DNA from: a virus
Taxonomy: Duplodnaviria > Caudoviricetes
DNA: 48,872 nt
Reading direction: 5' to 3' (one strand)
IMG/VR virus record: IMGVR_UViG_3300014161_000005
Span: 1-48,872 of that record
Made by a program: the position numbers and the translations under genes. The notes under the pieces are model-generated. The model was given only the letters and a program-made list of their open reading frames with translations, did not search any database and was not told where the DNA came from. The first letter of the stretch is position 1. Each line of letters opens with the position of its first letter. This document shows, piece by piece, positions 34,492 to 44,339 of this stretch.

Positions 34492-35968
34492 TTGCCTCCT
34501 TCGATTCAGCCTCGTCCTGAGCCCTGCCCTGCGCTCGCAGTATTTCGACGAAAATACCCGCGTTCGCGAGCCGCTTGTTCACTGCCGCCGCCGCACGATA
34601 GAAGTCCTTCAGCAAGGGCATCGTATCGGAGAACGGTGTCCCACCCATCTTGAAGCAACTTAACACTTGTGCATAGTTTAATATTTGCTCGAAATCGTCG
34701 CGGCTGACCTGCACGTAGACGCCTGTCGAGTCGAGCAGCGGAGCATTGCCGAGCAGCGTCAAAGTGACGAGTTGGCTCACCCCTGGAATCGGCGCAATGA
34801 AGTCCATCCCAGCCTCAACCACGGCAGGAAGATTCGACTGCGACTCCTGCCACCCAACCGCGAACGAATCCATCTCCGCCAGCGAAGTCGTATCCGCCGT
34901 CCGTCCAGCGATATTTGTGTCCAGTAACCAGTTTGATGCCTTCATCATTTCAAGCATCTGCGTGTAGCGCTGGAGACAGTAGTTAGACCGCGCCATGTCC
35001 GTCGATTCGGACTCCATCGCCAGGACGTCGGCCAAGGCTCCGTACATCGGCACCATCGACCAATCATCCGGCACCCCCAACAGCGATGCCCCCGGCGGGT
35101 TGAATGTCGGGCCAGCGTTGAGCGCAATCACATCGAAGTTTCCCGGCGTCGTCGGCGCGACGTCCACATCGAACGCCAGCGGAGGTTCGGAGGCCACCGT
35201 CCATGACTGCGGGAACCCGACCGTCTGCTCGTATTCCGGCTCAAACGACTGGAACGCCACCACGTCCTCCCGTGTCAGCGTCACGGGCAAATAGCACTGA
35301 ATCTGACCCAAAACCGCCCCGGAAGCCGGCAGACTGATCGAAACCGCCAGCCCGGATACCCCGGTGACGAAGGTTCCCGTCTGGATACCCGTTCCGGTAA
35401 TGACCTGCCCCTCGGAGATGGCCGCTGCCGAGCCTACAGTGACCTGAGACGAACCGGAGGATGCTGTGCCTGCCGTCTGGACCATCAGTGCCAGAAAACG
35501 AATCCTGCGCGGCTGGAGGACCGTATCGGCGAGAACTGACCTGCGGGTGCCGGGGGTGGAGTTGATGGGAGAAAGTTGTGCGAGATTGCACGAAGTTGCC
35601 TGAATGACTTCCTGTGTCCGTTTCTGGAGCGCCGATTGAAGGGCCGCTAGATTGAACTGATTCGTGCCGGTCCATGTCCCCCCGCTTGGAGGTTCGAGGA
35701 GCATATACTCCATCTGCGTATAAAGTGCTACGTCAGTCTGTGAGCGCAAGCGGGGGGAACCCGTTAAAGTCCCAGTATTTATCCACTGCCCGTTCGCATT
35801 GGGAACGGGGAACGCGACATTCCACTGCTCCGTCAGGCCGTTCCAATGGCGTAGAGCTTCGGTGATGTAAATCCAAAGCTCGGCAGGGGCCCAGAACGAA
35901 GTGTTATTGAGCCTTCCCTGGAGGGCGGCGATTGCGTCGGTTTTCGAGAGCCAACTGTAAATTGCCAC
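34475..35968 (-). CDS. Head-tail adaptor-like structural protein
   Basis: FWAPAELWIYITEALRHW N-terminus; position in the neck cluster. Confidence 0.55.
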   Translation of the reverse strand: MAIYSWLSKTDAIAALQGRLNNTSFWAPAELWIYITEALRHWNGLTEQWNVAFPVPNANGQWINTGTLTGSPRLRSQTDVALYTQMEYMLLEPPSGGTWTGTNQFNLAALQSALQKRTQEVIQATSCNLAQLSPINSTPGTRRSVLADTVLQPRRIRFLALMVQTAGTASSGSSQVTVGSAAAISEGQVITGTGIQTGTFVTGVSGLAVSISLPASGAVLGQIQCYLPVTLTREDVVAFQSFEPEYEQTVGFPQSWTVASEPPLAFDVDVAPTTPGNFDVIALNAGPTFNPPGASLLGVPDDWSMVPMYGALADVLAMESESTDMARSNYCLQRYTQMLEMMKASNWLLDTNIAGRTADTTSLAEMDSFAVGWQESQSNLPAVVEAGMDFIAPIPGVSQLVTLTLLGNAPLLDSTGVYVQVSRDDFEQILNYAQVLSCFKMGGTPFSDTMPLLKDFYRAAAAVNKRLANAGIFVEILRAQGRAQDEAESKEANEQSA

Positions 35969-35972
35969 ATGC

Positions 35973-36257
35973 CTACTCTTGGAACATGATGTCGCAAGTA
36001 TCGGTGTTCGCGATGTAGATATACCACTCGTTCAAATTCTGCCCCTCATGCTGGGCGGGACCAAACGTGAGCGATCCACCAGCGGCGATGAGAATTCCCT
36101 TGGTCGAACTTGTGCTCGCATCCCCGAAACGCATGTTGTTCGATCCGTTGTTCTGCACCGTGACCCACTGAAACGGCACCGTGGGCATGATCTCTGTCGT
36201 CCGAGCGATGATCGGAATTGTTCCCGTCGCGGAAGCAACAATCTGAAGTAATTGCAT
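35973..36257 (-). CDS. Small structural protein
   Basis: VQNNGSNNMRFG...GILIAAGGS beta-sandwich-like; AGGAG RBS. Confidence 0.65.
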   Translation of the reverse strand: MQLLQIVASATGTIPIIARTTEIMPTVPFQWVTVQNNGSNNMRFGDASTSSTKGILIAAGGSLTFGPAQHEGQNLNEWYIYIANTDTCDIMFQE

Positions 36258-36258
36258 G

Positions 36259-37290
36259 TTAGACTCCTCCCCTAGTTGGATACCCGCCGAGATTCAACTT
36301 GCCTCCGTAGGTGGCGTAGGCTTGACTGCCATTCCACTTTCCGGGCTGGTTTACGCGGGTCATGTTCTCGCCGTCAAGGTTGAGATCGATGGAGAGCACC
36401 TGCCCAAAGTATTCGTAGTACGTCTTCTGCGCCATCGTCGATAAGAGCATCATGCCCTTGCCTGAGCCGGGAGTCTTTTCTTCCATCTCCGCAGCTTTGT
36501 CCTGAAGCAGAATCTCCTTCGCCTTGAACTCCACCATGTTCTCCGTGATGGGAGCTTCGGGATACATGGTCATCCAGTCGCTGAGAACCTTCGGCAACTG
36601 CCCCCGGCGGCGGTAGGAGAGCGTGTAGGGGCACAGATTGCCCTGCCACGGGTACAGTTCAAACCGCTGCCAGCCGTAGGTGGCGCTGCCTGCTCTCTGA
36701 TCGATTCCGGCAGGCACAACGTTCGTCGGAAGCGACTGGTCCTGTCTTTGCGGATCAAGGTTCGCCAGGTCCGCCCTTGTCAGGCTCCAGAAATCCAGCG
36801 GCTGATCGTTGGTGAAGTCCTGAATCGCAATCCACTTGCGAAAGTCCTCAACCGGCGAAACGAAGTAATGCTGGTAGATGTAGTAGGGCTGGCCCGTTCC
36901 GCTTCCCGGCTCCATCCACGGCCGATCCAGCGTCAGGGTCACGAAGCCGGGATTGATCGTGTTGTAGTCGTACCCTACAATGTCGTAGATCGCAAAAGCC
37001 GGGTTCCGATACTGAAGTTGCGTGATGAGCGGATTGCCGGTGTAGGCCTGCAGCGCCGTCGTCGCCGTTGCATCCGCAATGACCTGATTCGAGTACGGCG
37101 TGGTGGTGAATGACCCTACCCCGTTAAACACCATGCCAGGAGCCAGCCAGCCCGAAAAACCTTTCTGAAACGACCAGTCGACTTGATCGTAGATTGACTC
37201 AAGAGCGCGGCGTACTGCCGTCTGAGCGCGAGGCAGCGACGTCTTTCCCGGCAATCTCGTCAATGCGAAGCTGACATCGTAAAGCGACAT
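36259..37290 (-). CDS. Head-tail adaptor / tail tubular protein A-like
   Basis: DWSF...ELYP pattern; first gene after the head terminator. Confidence 0.55.
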   Translation of the reverse strand: MSLYDVSFALTRLPGKTSLPRAQTAVRRALESIYDQVDWSFQKGFSGWLAPGMVFNGVGSFTTTPYSNQVIADATATTALQAYTGNPLITQLQYRNPAFAIYDIVGYDYNTINPGFVTLTLDRPWMEPGSGTGQPYYIYQHYFVSPVEDFRKWIAIQDFTNDQPLDFWSLTRADLANLDPQRQDQSLPTNVVPAGIDQRAGSATYGWQRFELYPWQGNLCPYTLSYRRRGQLPKVLSDWMTMYPEAPITENMVEFKAKEILLQDKAAEMEEKTPGSGKGMMLLSTMAQKTYYEYFGQVLSIDLNLDGENMTRVNQPGKWNGSQAYATYGGKLNLGGYPTRGGV

Positions 37291-37304
37291 TCGTCCCCTT
37301 CAAT

Positions 37305-37338
37305 AAAAAAGCGGAACGGGGTTTCTGCCCCGCCCCGC
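37305..37338 (-). terminator. Intrinsic terminator ending the head-gene transcript
   Basis: GCGGGGCGGGG-CAGAAA-CCCCGTTCCGC-TTTTTT. Confidence 0.8.
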
Positions 37339-37361
37339 CAATGGCCACCCGCGATGACGGC

Positions 37362-37961
37362 CTACAAACTCGATACCAATGCCGCGAACTGAATCTGTTC
37401 GGTGCTGAGGTTCGTTCCAGTAGCGACCGGACCACCTGAGGCACCCAAGGTCACGCTCAGAGTAGCCGGAGTCCCTCCAGGGCTTCCGCCAGTCGCCGCG
37501 CTCGGCGCTACAGTGTAGCTGCCTCGATTCGTGATCGCCACCGCCGTTACTGCCGTCGCCGATACTGTCACGGTTCCAGCCGCGCCGCTTCCGGTCCCGC
37601 CTGAAAAGGTGATGGGGTAGGTTCCCGGCGTCATGCCCGACCCAGCCGCAAGTTGCGCCACGCTTGCTACGCCCTGCTGAGAACCTGCGTATTCCCATAC
37701 CGCCGTCCATCCAGAAACCGAAGGCCCGCCCACACCGCCGCCTGCCCGGACTTGGTTGTAGCCCGTGGCAAGTGGAATGAACCGCACCTTGTAGTTTCCG
37801 CTCAGGCTCGTGCAATCGCAAGGGAAGTTGATGTACTCGCCCGACCCCGGATTGTAGACCGGATCGCCATCCGCAGCGTAGGACGAAGGACCGACGGCGT
37901 ACAGCAGGGCGTTGCGAATCTCCCCTACCTCCGCCGCAGGAAACACATAGTTGGTATTCAA
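37362..37961 (-). CDS. Minor head/decoration protein
   Basis: GPSSY..G N-terminus; G/T/A-rich insert. Confidence 0.6.
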   Translation of the reverse strand: MNTNYVFPAAEVGEIRNALLYAVGPSSYAADGDPVYNPGSGEYINFPCDCTSLSGNYKVRFIPLATGYNQVRAGGGVGGPSVSGWTAVWEYAGSQQGVASVAQLAAGSGMTPGTYPITFSGGTGSGAAGTVTVSATAVTAVAITNRGSYTVAPSAATGGSPGGTPATLSVTLGASGGPVATGTNLSTEQIQFAALVSSL

Positions 37962-37969
37962 TGGTCCCC

Positions 37970-38830
37970 CTATCCCTGCACTACTGGCAAGCGCAACCGC
38001 ACGCGAGTCAATGACGTTGCGGCGGCGATGTCGATGGTGTGGCCGATGAATCCTGCCACCGGAGCCGTCGCGCTCGTGGTTGTGGTCACCGCAGCGGCCG
38101 TAGCAGCCGTGGCAACTGATCCTGAAGCTGTTGCAGTGGCCGTGGTCACGTACAGCGGCGCGTCGCCGAGTTCCTGAATCAGAATCCAGGCCGCGGCGCT
38201 GATCTGAGCCGCCGTCAGCGTGCAGAGCGCGATGCCGCGCACGTCAACGAGATTGCCGGAACTTGAATCGAACGAACTGATGAAGTTCGGGCTTTCATGC
38301 TGCTGCGCGACAACCGAGCCACCAGAGCCGGTCGAAAGCACGCTCGACAGCGTGAACGTCGGGACGGAGGTCATGTTCGCGCCCGCATACGTCACTTGCG
38401 CCGAAGTGATGACGCCCGCCGACAGCGTGAGATTCACGGTCGCGGCGACTCCGCCGGCCGCAGACGAATTGATCGCCACGGTCCCAGTTCCCGAGCCGGT
38501 CGCGGTGATGACGTACCCGGTGCCTCCGGCGACAACAATGGCGTTGTCGATGTAGGTGCCGAGGCCGTAGCCAACGGGAAAGCCAAAGCCGAAGTTCGAG
38601 TACGTGGCGTTCGGCGAAACCCTCACGAACCGATAGCGGCCCGGATAGAGTTTGTTGCCGTAGGCGATGTTCCACTGCGCGGCTTCCGAGGCAGTCAGGT
38701 CAACGTAATCACCTTCGTGCAGGTTGCCGCCGAGGTATGGCGTGCCCGTGATCGGGCTGGACATGCCAGTGGGCGACGTGTAGACGACGTAGGGTCCGAG
38801 GTAGACCGCATTGAAAGGAACTTGTGCCAT
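37970..38830 (-). CDS. Capsid decoration/cement protein
   Basis: Directly after the MCP (TAATG); GRYRFV...WILIQELG. Confidence 0.6.
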   Translation of the reverse strand: MAQVPFNAVYLGPYVVYTSPTGMSSPITGTPYLGGNLHEGDYVDLTASEAAQWNIAYGNKLYPGRYRFVRVSPNATYSNFGFGFPVGYGLGTYIDNAIVVAGGTGYVITATGSGTGTVAINSSAAGGVAATVNLTLSAGVITSAQVTYAGANMTSVPTFTLSSVLSTGSGGSVVAQQHESPNFISSFDSSSGNLVDVRGIALCTLTAAQISAAAWILIQELGDAPLYVTTATATASGSVATAATAAAVTTTTSATAPVAGFIGHTIDIAAATSLTRVRLRLPVVQG

Positions 38831-40113
38831 TACTGTCCCACTCCTTTGAATCCGAAGAGCGGCAGCCCATGTGTCGGCTGGTCTCCGAAGATATTTGTCG
38901 CGTAACGGAGGTAGCGGATCGAGGACGAAATGTTGTTCGTAATCCGGTTCTCGTCAAAGTCCATGTTCCAACCGGAACCCGCCTTCGGCTTCAAAGCAAC
39001 CAGCGAGTACGGGTCGATGAACCACAACACTTCGCCGGGGTCGATCGTGGTAGCCGAAGGAATGTTCGATCCGGTCGGTGATGCAGTTCCCGCGCCGACA
39101 TTGACGCCATTCAGCTTGTACGTAGGCGTCAGGAACGGGGTAAGCCGCGTTGTGCCACCCACGCCGTCGTAGAACTTCGCTGTGCTCGCGCCGCCGAACG
39201 CTCCGGGGTTTCCACCAGGCAACGTCTGCCACGCCGCGCTCGATGGAGCCAGAGGATCGGCATGAATCTTGCAGCCATTGAAGTCCACCGAGGGCCAGCC
39301 GAAGTCGGTGCCTTCCTTGACTTCGAGTTGAAGAATGACCGCCTGTTGCCGGAAGGCCAGCGCAATCGCGCCCCACCCATAGAAGCTGGTGAACCCGCAA
39401 AGAGCCTTGGCGCCCAAAGTTCCGAGACGCGCGTTGGCGAGCAGGAAGTGCGAATAGTTGATCGAACCCGCCGCGCCCGCCAAGCTCCCGCAGTAGTAGG
39501 GAGTCGAGTTGTACGTCTGCCCGACCACGCCGTTGCGCGTGATGCCGCCGGTCAGCGTGAAGTAGTTCCCGAACGGGCTTGGATCGACGCCATTGTTGAA
39601 AATCTCCTCGAAGCCGTTCATGGCAAGATGGCGGTCGCTGTTGACGCCTGCCGAGGACGAGCCCGAGACGCCGGAACCGGAGTTCCATTGACCATGCTGG
39701 TACGCCTGCATCTCGACCATCGACTCCAACCGCTGCGTCATGCAGTAGTTGTCAATCAATTCCTGATCGGCAACCTGAGTCTCGCCGGGAGCGTTATAGA
39801 GCTTGTACTCCGTCGGCTCGACAATCAACTGCGAGGCCATGAAACGGATGTCGTACACCGTATCCGTGACCCGCTGCTGATTGGTCGGATTGATCGTCGC
39901 GCCAGGTTGGGTCGCTTCGCCATCCGCGTAGTTGTAGATGCCGGGAGTGCGGACGCCCGTCCCCTGAAAATCAAGGTCGATAATCCCGGCCTCGCGCAAA
40001 AGCGTCATCAGCGGATAGTTCGTGCCGAACCAGTCAATGCAGGTCCCCTTGCGTAACATTTCTCGGGACACCGCATCGCGAACATTGAAGGACGGATCTG
40101 TTGGAAGCGCCAT
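38830..40113 (-). CDS. Major capsid protein
   Basis: 427 aa after the scaffold; strong GC3 bias; MNGFEEIF and G...DFNGCKIHADP motifs. Confidence 0.75.
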   Translation of the reverse strand: MALPTDPSFNVRDAVSREMLRKGTCIDWFGTNYPLMTLLREAGIIDLDFQGTGVRTPGIYNYADGEATQPGATINPTNQQRVTDTVYDIRFMASQLIVEPTEYKLYNAPGETQVADQELIDNYCMTQRLESMVEMQAYQHGQWNSGSGVSGSSSAGVNSDRHLAMNGFEEIFNNGVDPSPFGNYFTLTGGITRNGVVGQTYNSTPYYCGSLAGAAGSINYSHFLLANARLGTLGAKALCGFTSFYGWGAIALAFRQQAVILQLEVKEGTDFGWPSVDFNGCKIHADPLAPSSAAWQTLPGGNPGAFGGASTAKFYDGVGGTTRLTPFLTPTYKLNGVNVGAGTASPTGSNIPSATTIDPGEVLWFIDPYSLVALKPKAGSGWNMDFDENRITNNISSSIRYLRYATNIFGDQPTHGLPLFGFKGVGQ

Positions 40114-40131
40114 ATTACATCACCCTTTCGT

Positions 40132-40938
40132 TTACGCGGCAGCCATCCGCGTTTTGATTTCGTTGCTCACGCGATCGCGTGCCATGCGAATCTTTTCCAT
40201 CGGAGACTTGCCAGCCATCTCCGCCACGCCCTTTGCATCCGAAGGCTTCGGGATATTTGGGAAATTCGACGGCACGCCGCCGCCAAGTTCCGGGTGCCCC
40301 ATCGTCACAGGATGCGCGGCCTTGTACTCCTCTTCCCACTTCGCCTTGAGGCCGGCTTCGTGTTTCGCCGTTACAGCAGCAGCGTTTTCCTGTTCCTTCG
40401 CGCTGACTTTGTAGGTCTGCTCCATGTAATCGCGAACGGAGAGTCGCGCCGACGCCGCACGATCCGCGATGGTGCCGGGATCTTCCGGTAGCGGGGAGCC
40501 AAACACCCGCTGATAGCGGTTCATCTCGTTCAACGTCTGCCCCATCTGCGTGAAACCCTTGGTGATGAGGCCGGTAAGATCAGCCACCGGGTCTTTCGCT
40601 GCCGGGGTTGTGGTGGGAAGGTCGGGCATCGTGATGCCGGTAAATCCAGCCTTTTTCACAGCATCGAGCGCGGCCGCATAGGCGGCATTGCTCGCCTGCA
40701 ACTGCGCGATATTGGTTTCCGTCAGACCGGCAGTGCGGATATTTTCATCGATCACGCGCTGAAGGGCCTGCGCGTCCTGCAACTGCTTTTCGGCGGCGGC
40801 AAGTTTCGTCGCGGCGTCCGACTGGGTTGTGGCGAAATTCGTGTTCCACTTTTTTACGACATCGGGCTTCGCGGCCAGTGTCTCTGCGGGTATTCCGAGT
40901 TCTGCTGCCAATTCCTCAACGGTCATAATTTTCTCCAA
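40132..40938 (-). CDS. Scaffolding protein (putative)
   Basis: Helical coiled coil immediately before the MCP. Confidence 0.6.
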   Translation of the reverse strand: MEKIMTVEELAAELGIPAETLAAKPDVVKKWNTNFATTQSDAATKLAAAEKQLQDAQALQRVIDENIRTAGLTETNIAQLQASNAAYAAALDAVKKAGFTGITMPDLPTTTPAAKDPVADLTGLITKGFTQMGQTLNEMNRYQRVFGSPLPEDPGTIADRAASARLSVRDYMEQTYKVSAKEQENAAAVTAKHEAGLKAKWEEEYKAAHPVTMGHPELGGGVPSNFPNIPKPSDAKGVAEMAGKSPMEKIRMARDRVSNEIKTRMAAA

Positions 40939-41211
40939 TTACGATTGCATGGGCGCCTGCGGCTGCTGCGGTGCGCTCGGCGCAGCCTGGGCGGACATTT
41001 GAATTGCTTGGACGATGGAGTTTACTGCTGTGTCGAGAGGTTCCTGCACAGATGTGTTCTGTGCGGAAATCTGCTTGAGCAGCATCGCAATCTTCCCTAA
41101 AGTTGTCTGAAGGGGGTTGGCCTGCTGGCCTTGAGGCGAAGCACCGGCCCCCGGAGGAGGAGCCGATGCTTGCGGATTGGGGGTTGAAGACGTAGCCATT
41201 GGATTATCCAA
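40939..41211 (-). CDS. Small P/Q-rich protein
   Basis: In the head operon; start may be ATG 41199. Confidence 0.55.
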   Translation of the reverse strand: MDNPMATSSTPNPQASAPPPGAGASPQGQQANPLQTTLGKIAMLLKQISAQNTSVQEPLDTAVNSIVQAIQMSAQAAPSAPQQPQAPMQS

Positions 41212-41214
41212 TCA

Positions 41215-41322
41215 CTATTTCTTGTGGCCCTTGCGATGACCCTTGCGGCCCTTCTTGTGGCCCTTTTTGCCTTCATGGGCGCTGACGCCCTTGATCTTCA
41301 TACCGCGCTTGCCTTTTGCCAT
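41215..41322 (-). CDS. 35-aa K/G/H-rich basic peptide
   Basis: AAAGGAGA RBS; MAKGKRGMKIKGVSAHEGKKGHKKGRKGHRKGHKK. Confidence 0.7.
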   Translation of the reverse strand: MAKGKRGMKIKGVSAHEGKKGHKKGRKGHRKGHKK

Positions 41323-41353
41323 GATGTTTCTCCTTTGGTTGAATTTTGCCCTG

Positions 41354-41381
41354 AAAAGCAAACAGCCCCAAAGCTGTCTGC
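41354..41381 (-). terminator. Terminator-like hairpin in the head-operon leader
   Basis: GCAGACAGC-TTTGGG-GCTGTTTGC-TTTT. Confidence 0.6.
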
Positions 41382-41441
41382 GCTCTGAGGCCGTTCCTGT
41401 CTCCAAAGGAGTGAAACTGGAATCTCGTAATCTAAAATCAG

Positions 41442-41470
41442 AACTTACGCTGTTTCTGTTTCAATGTCAA
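41442..41470 (-). promoter_or_regulatory. Sigma70-type promoter for the head operon
   Basis: TTGACA-17 bp-TAAGTT. Confidence 0.65.
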
Positions 41471-41756
41471 GGGGCCTGTTGAATGAGTACGCTTCGTCGG
41501 TCGCCTCATCCATCTCGGAGCCGAGCCTGATCCGCGCATTTTGCTCCGTCAAAACATTCACCACGCCGCCCTGATTGATGTTCACATTGACCCTGCCTGT
41601 GACCTTACCCTGATGCACCTGAGACTGGATGTAGGCAATGGCTTCAGGGATGCGGGCCTTGTTGCGCAGAGCGACGGTTTCGCGGTAGGAGACAATCTTC
41701 TCCCGCTTCACTACTTCGATCCCAAGTTCCTTCTCAATATCTGTGCGGGTGTCCAT
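41445..41756 (-). CDS. Hypothetical protein (possible late regulator)
   Basis: AGGAGG RBS; TGRVNVNINQGGVVNV beta-hairpin; its 3' end contains the promoter. Confidence 0.65.
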   Translation of the reverse strand: MDTRTDIEKELGIEVVKREKIVSYRETVALRNKARIPEAIAYIQSQVHQGKVTGRVNVNINQGGVVNVLTEQNARIRLGSEMDEATDEAYSFNRPLDIETETA

Positions 41757-41765
41757 TGATTCCTC

Positions 41766-42263
41766 CTATTGTGGTGCTGTAGCTGTGCAGCAAAAGAACG
41801 GCATCACATAGAAACTGTATCCGCCTGAAAATTTGATCCGCTTCTCGTTGAATAGCTCAATGAACCGATTTTGCTGTGCATCGCTCAAATGCTGGAAATA
41901 AAACTTGGCGCTGCTGGTGTCGCGAGTCACCCAATGCGTGCATTCCTTTGGGCCTTTGTCGCAAGTGCTCACCATGTATTTGTTCCCCGCCGCACCCGTC
42001 ATTTCTTTATCTTTAGGGCAATCGCGGTATGTTTGTTTCAAGGGGAGACCTCCATTGTTCTCGACGTAGACCTTGTAGTTCTTGTCTGTCGAGCCCAATA
42101 GAACATCTCCAACTTCAAGACGCGCCATTAGGGTGTCTGGGTTTAGCGACCCGCAATATTGACATGAATCATCCGACGGATCGTAATCATTGTCACGAGC
42201 GAAGGCTGGAGAAGAACCGAAGTGACTTTCTTTACGTCGAGGGCATTGGAAACTAATACTCAT
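41766..42263 (-). CDS. Cys-rich hypothetical protein (inserted gene)
   Basis: CQYCGS motif, lower GC, AGGAGGAG RBS. Confidence 0.7.
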   Translation of the reverse strand: MSISFQCPRRKESHFGSSPAFARDNDYDPSDDSCQYCGSLNPDTLMARLEVGDVLLGSTDKNYKVYVENNGGLPLKQTYRDCPKDKEMTGAAGNKYMVSTCDKGPKECTHWVTRDTSSAKFYFQHLSDAQQNRFIELFNEKRIKFSGGYSFYVMPFFCCTATAPQ

Positions 42264-42276
42264 AGATTTTCTCCTC

Positions 42277-44316
42277 CTACGAACTCTTATTCACTACTCT
42301 GACATTCCCCGACTGTGAACCTTTCATGGCTGGAGCGTTGCCCTTTTTCCCTGTTTGCTTTCTGCCTCCACCCGAGCCCTGCCCTGGCCCCTGCGACTCG
42401 GGAGGCTGGAGTCCAAGCTCCTGCGTTTTCTTTGCCACCGCCGCCTCGACCTCGATCTTCCAGATGGCATCCGCAACCTGTTCCTCTTTCCATTTCTCAT
42501 GGCGAACCGGGTAATCCGGGATGCCTACTTTTTCCATCGTGGTTTCAAGGTCGATAGGAGCCTTTTGCTGAAGCATCATGATTTGGATCATGCGTTCTTG
42601 GAGGTGGGTGATATTGAGCAACTGCGCTGGAGTGTTTATCACCCTGAGTCTCTCGCAGAACCACTTTGCCCGATCCTTTCGAGTATGAGCGCTTGCGTTG
42701 CTTTGATCCTCGCCGGGAAGATGTGAGGGCACAAGCGAATTCGGATCGTTATCGAACGTCTCCAGCCCGACTCCCTCCGGGCCGATCATGTCCATGAGCC
42801 TCGCCGCCGGGAAGTATTGCGCGATGTTATATTTCAGCATCTCCGCGTCCTTCGAGTTGGCGATCCACTGATTGAGCGCGATACCCTTTGCCACGGGCCC
42901 AAGATTCTCGATCATCTTGTCGAAAGATTGATCCGACATATTGCCCTTGACTTCGCGCATCGAGGCTATGTCGGTAAGACCGAGAGCCGCTTTAATTGCC
43001 GCGCCGTTCATCTCTGCGATTTTGAGGTCGATTTCCCCGTTCTCCATGCTCTCCGGCAAGAGCGATTTCGTCCACTTCCCCGGGTCGCCCTTGCCACCGA
43101 TGCGGACCCCCTGAGCGTGAAGGAGGTCGAGCTTGTCCATCTGCGTCCGCGAGACGCCGGTAGAAACGTCGGAACCGAGAGGCGGGTCTTTCCGTATCGC
43201 CTGCACAGCGTTGATTTCCGATAATCTATCCCGGCGAGCTACTTCGATACCCCGCACTCCGCTTACTATGGAATATCCCATCGGGGACCATACCCAATCG
43301 TTGACATCGTGCTGCGTGACCGGAATCTTCGCGTGCCACTCCCATGCCGTATCGTCATAGAGCGGGACCGGACAGGAAGGCGAAGTGATGACCAGCCTCA
43401 ACTGCGGATACATGCGGCAGTCGTCTATCTCGGCTTTCCGCGAGCGAGGCAAGCCATTGTTGGGATCGACAGTCACAATCAAGTCACCCAAAGTGGGAAC
43501 CTGATAGCCCCAAGTCGCCCCATCAACACCCATCTGCTGCGTATACCCCGTGTCGTTGATCCTGAGATCGTGCACGAAGCTATATCTAAGCTCGGTATAT
43601 TTCTCAATCCAGTCAGAATTGCTTGACCCGCTAAAACGCCAGCGATCGTAGAACTCATAGCGGCGCAGCATGTTCGGAGTCACATTGACCCCGGAGCGAG
43701 CATACTGCGAGATCGGCGTCAACCACTGCTGAAACTGCGGGAACCTGGCATGAGCCTCCGCAAGCCCCATCGGGAAAACGATTGTGCCGGCGTAGGCTTC
43801 GTCCAAGTCTCCGTTGTGGGGAAGCTGGTCGGGAAGAAACTCTCTCGGGCCGAGGGCTTCAAACTTAATCTTCGCTATTCCGCCGCCATGCCACGGGCGC
43901 GAGAACTTCTGCCACTTGTATCCCCGCCCAAGCATGGCCCACTGGAGAGCCTTGCGAGTGTTCGGAACATAGAGCGAGTCCCAGAACACAAACTTGAAGA
44001 TGTCATTGTAGAGCGAGACGGTTTTCTTCGACTGCTCTGCCTTGGAACCCATAGTGGCAATCTGGCGGAGGTCGGTGATGGTTTCGACGAAGGAACGGAT
44101 GTCCGGCTGGAGAAGGTTCGAGGGCACGTCCCGGTCCTGGCCGGTGCCCATCAAAAGCTGAATGTCGTTTGTAAGGTTGGCGATTCCCGGCTGGTTCTGG
44201 ACCCAATTGTCGCCGGTAGCGACCAAATCAGAAAACCATCCTGCTACTTGCGCTCCTGAACTCTCTCTGGGGGGAGCCTGCCAGCTAATCACTTTGTCGC
44301 TTTCACCGTAAAGCAT
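42277..44316 (-). CDS. Portal protein
   Basis: 679 aa between terminase and scaffold; LQWAMLGRGY, FLPDQLP and a P22-like layout. Confidence 0.75.
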   Translation of the reverse strand: MLYGESDKVISWQAPPRESSGAQVAGWFSDLVATGDNWVQNQPGIANLTNDIQLLMGTGQDRDVPSNLLQPDIRSFVETITDLRQIATMGSKAEQSKKTVSLYNDIFKFVFWDSLYVPNTRKALQWAMLGRGYKWQKFSRPWHGGGIAKIKFEALGPREFLPDQLPHNGDLDEAYAGTIVFPMGLAEAHARFPQFQQWLTPISQYARSGVNVTPNMLRRYEFYDRWRFSGSSNSDWIEKYTELRYSFVHDLRINDTGYTQQMGVDGATWGYQVPTLGDLIVTVDPNNGLPRSRKAEIDDCRMYPQLRLVITSPSCPVPLYDDTAWEWHAKIPVTQHDVNDWVWSPMGYSIVSGVRGIEVARRDRLSEINAVQAIRKDPPLGSDVSTGVSRTQMDKLDLLHAQGVRIGGKGDPGKWTKSLLPESMENGEIDLKIAEMNGAAIKAALGLTDIASMREVKGNMSDQSFDKMIENLGPVAKGIALNQWIANSKDAEMLKYNIAQYFPAARLMDMIGPEGVGLETFDNDPNSLVPSHLPGEDQSNASAHTRKDRAKWFCERLRVINTPAQLLNITHLQERMIQIMMLQQKAPIDLETTMEKVGIPDYPVRHEKWKEEQVADAIWKIEVEAAVAKKTQELGLQPPESQGPGQGSGGGRKQTGKKGNAPAMKGSQSGNVRVVNKSS

Positions 44317-44339
44317 CGACTCTCCAGAGACACTTGGGT

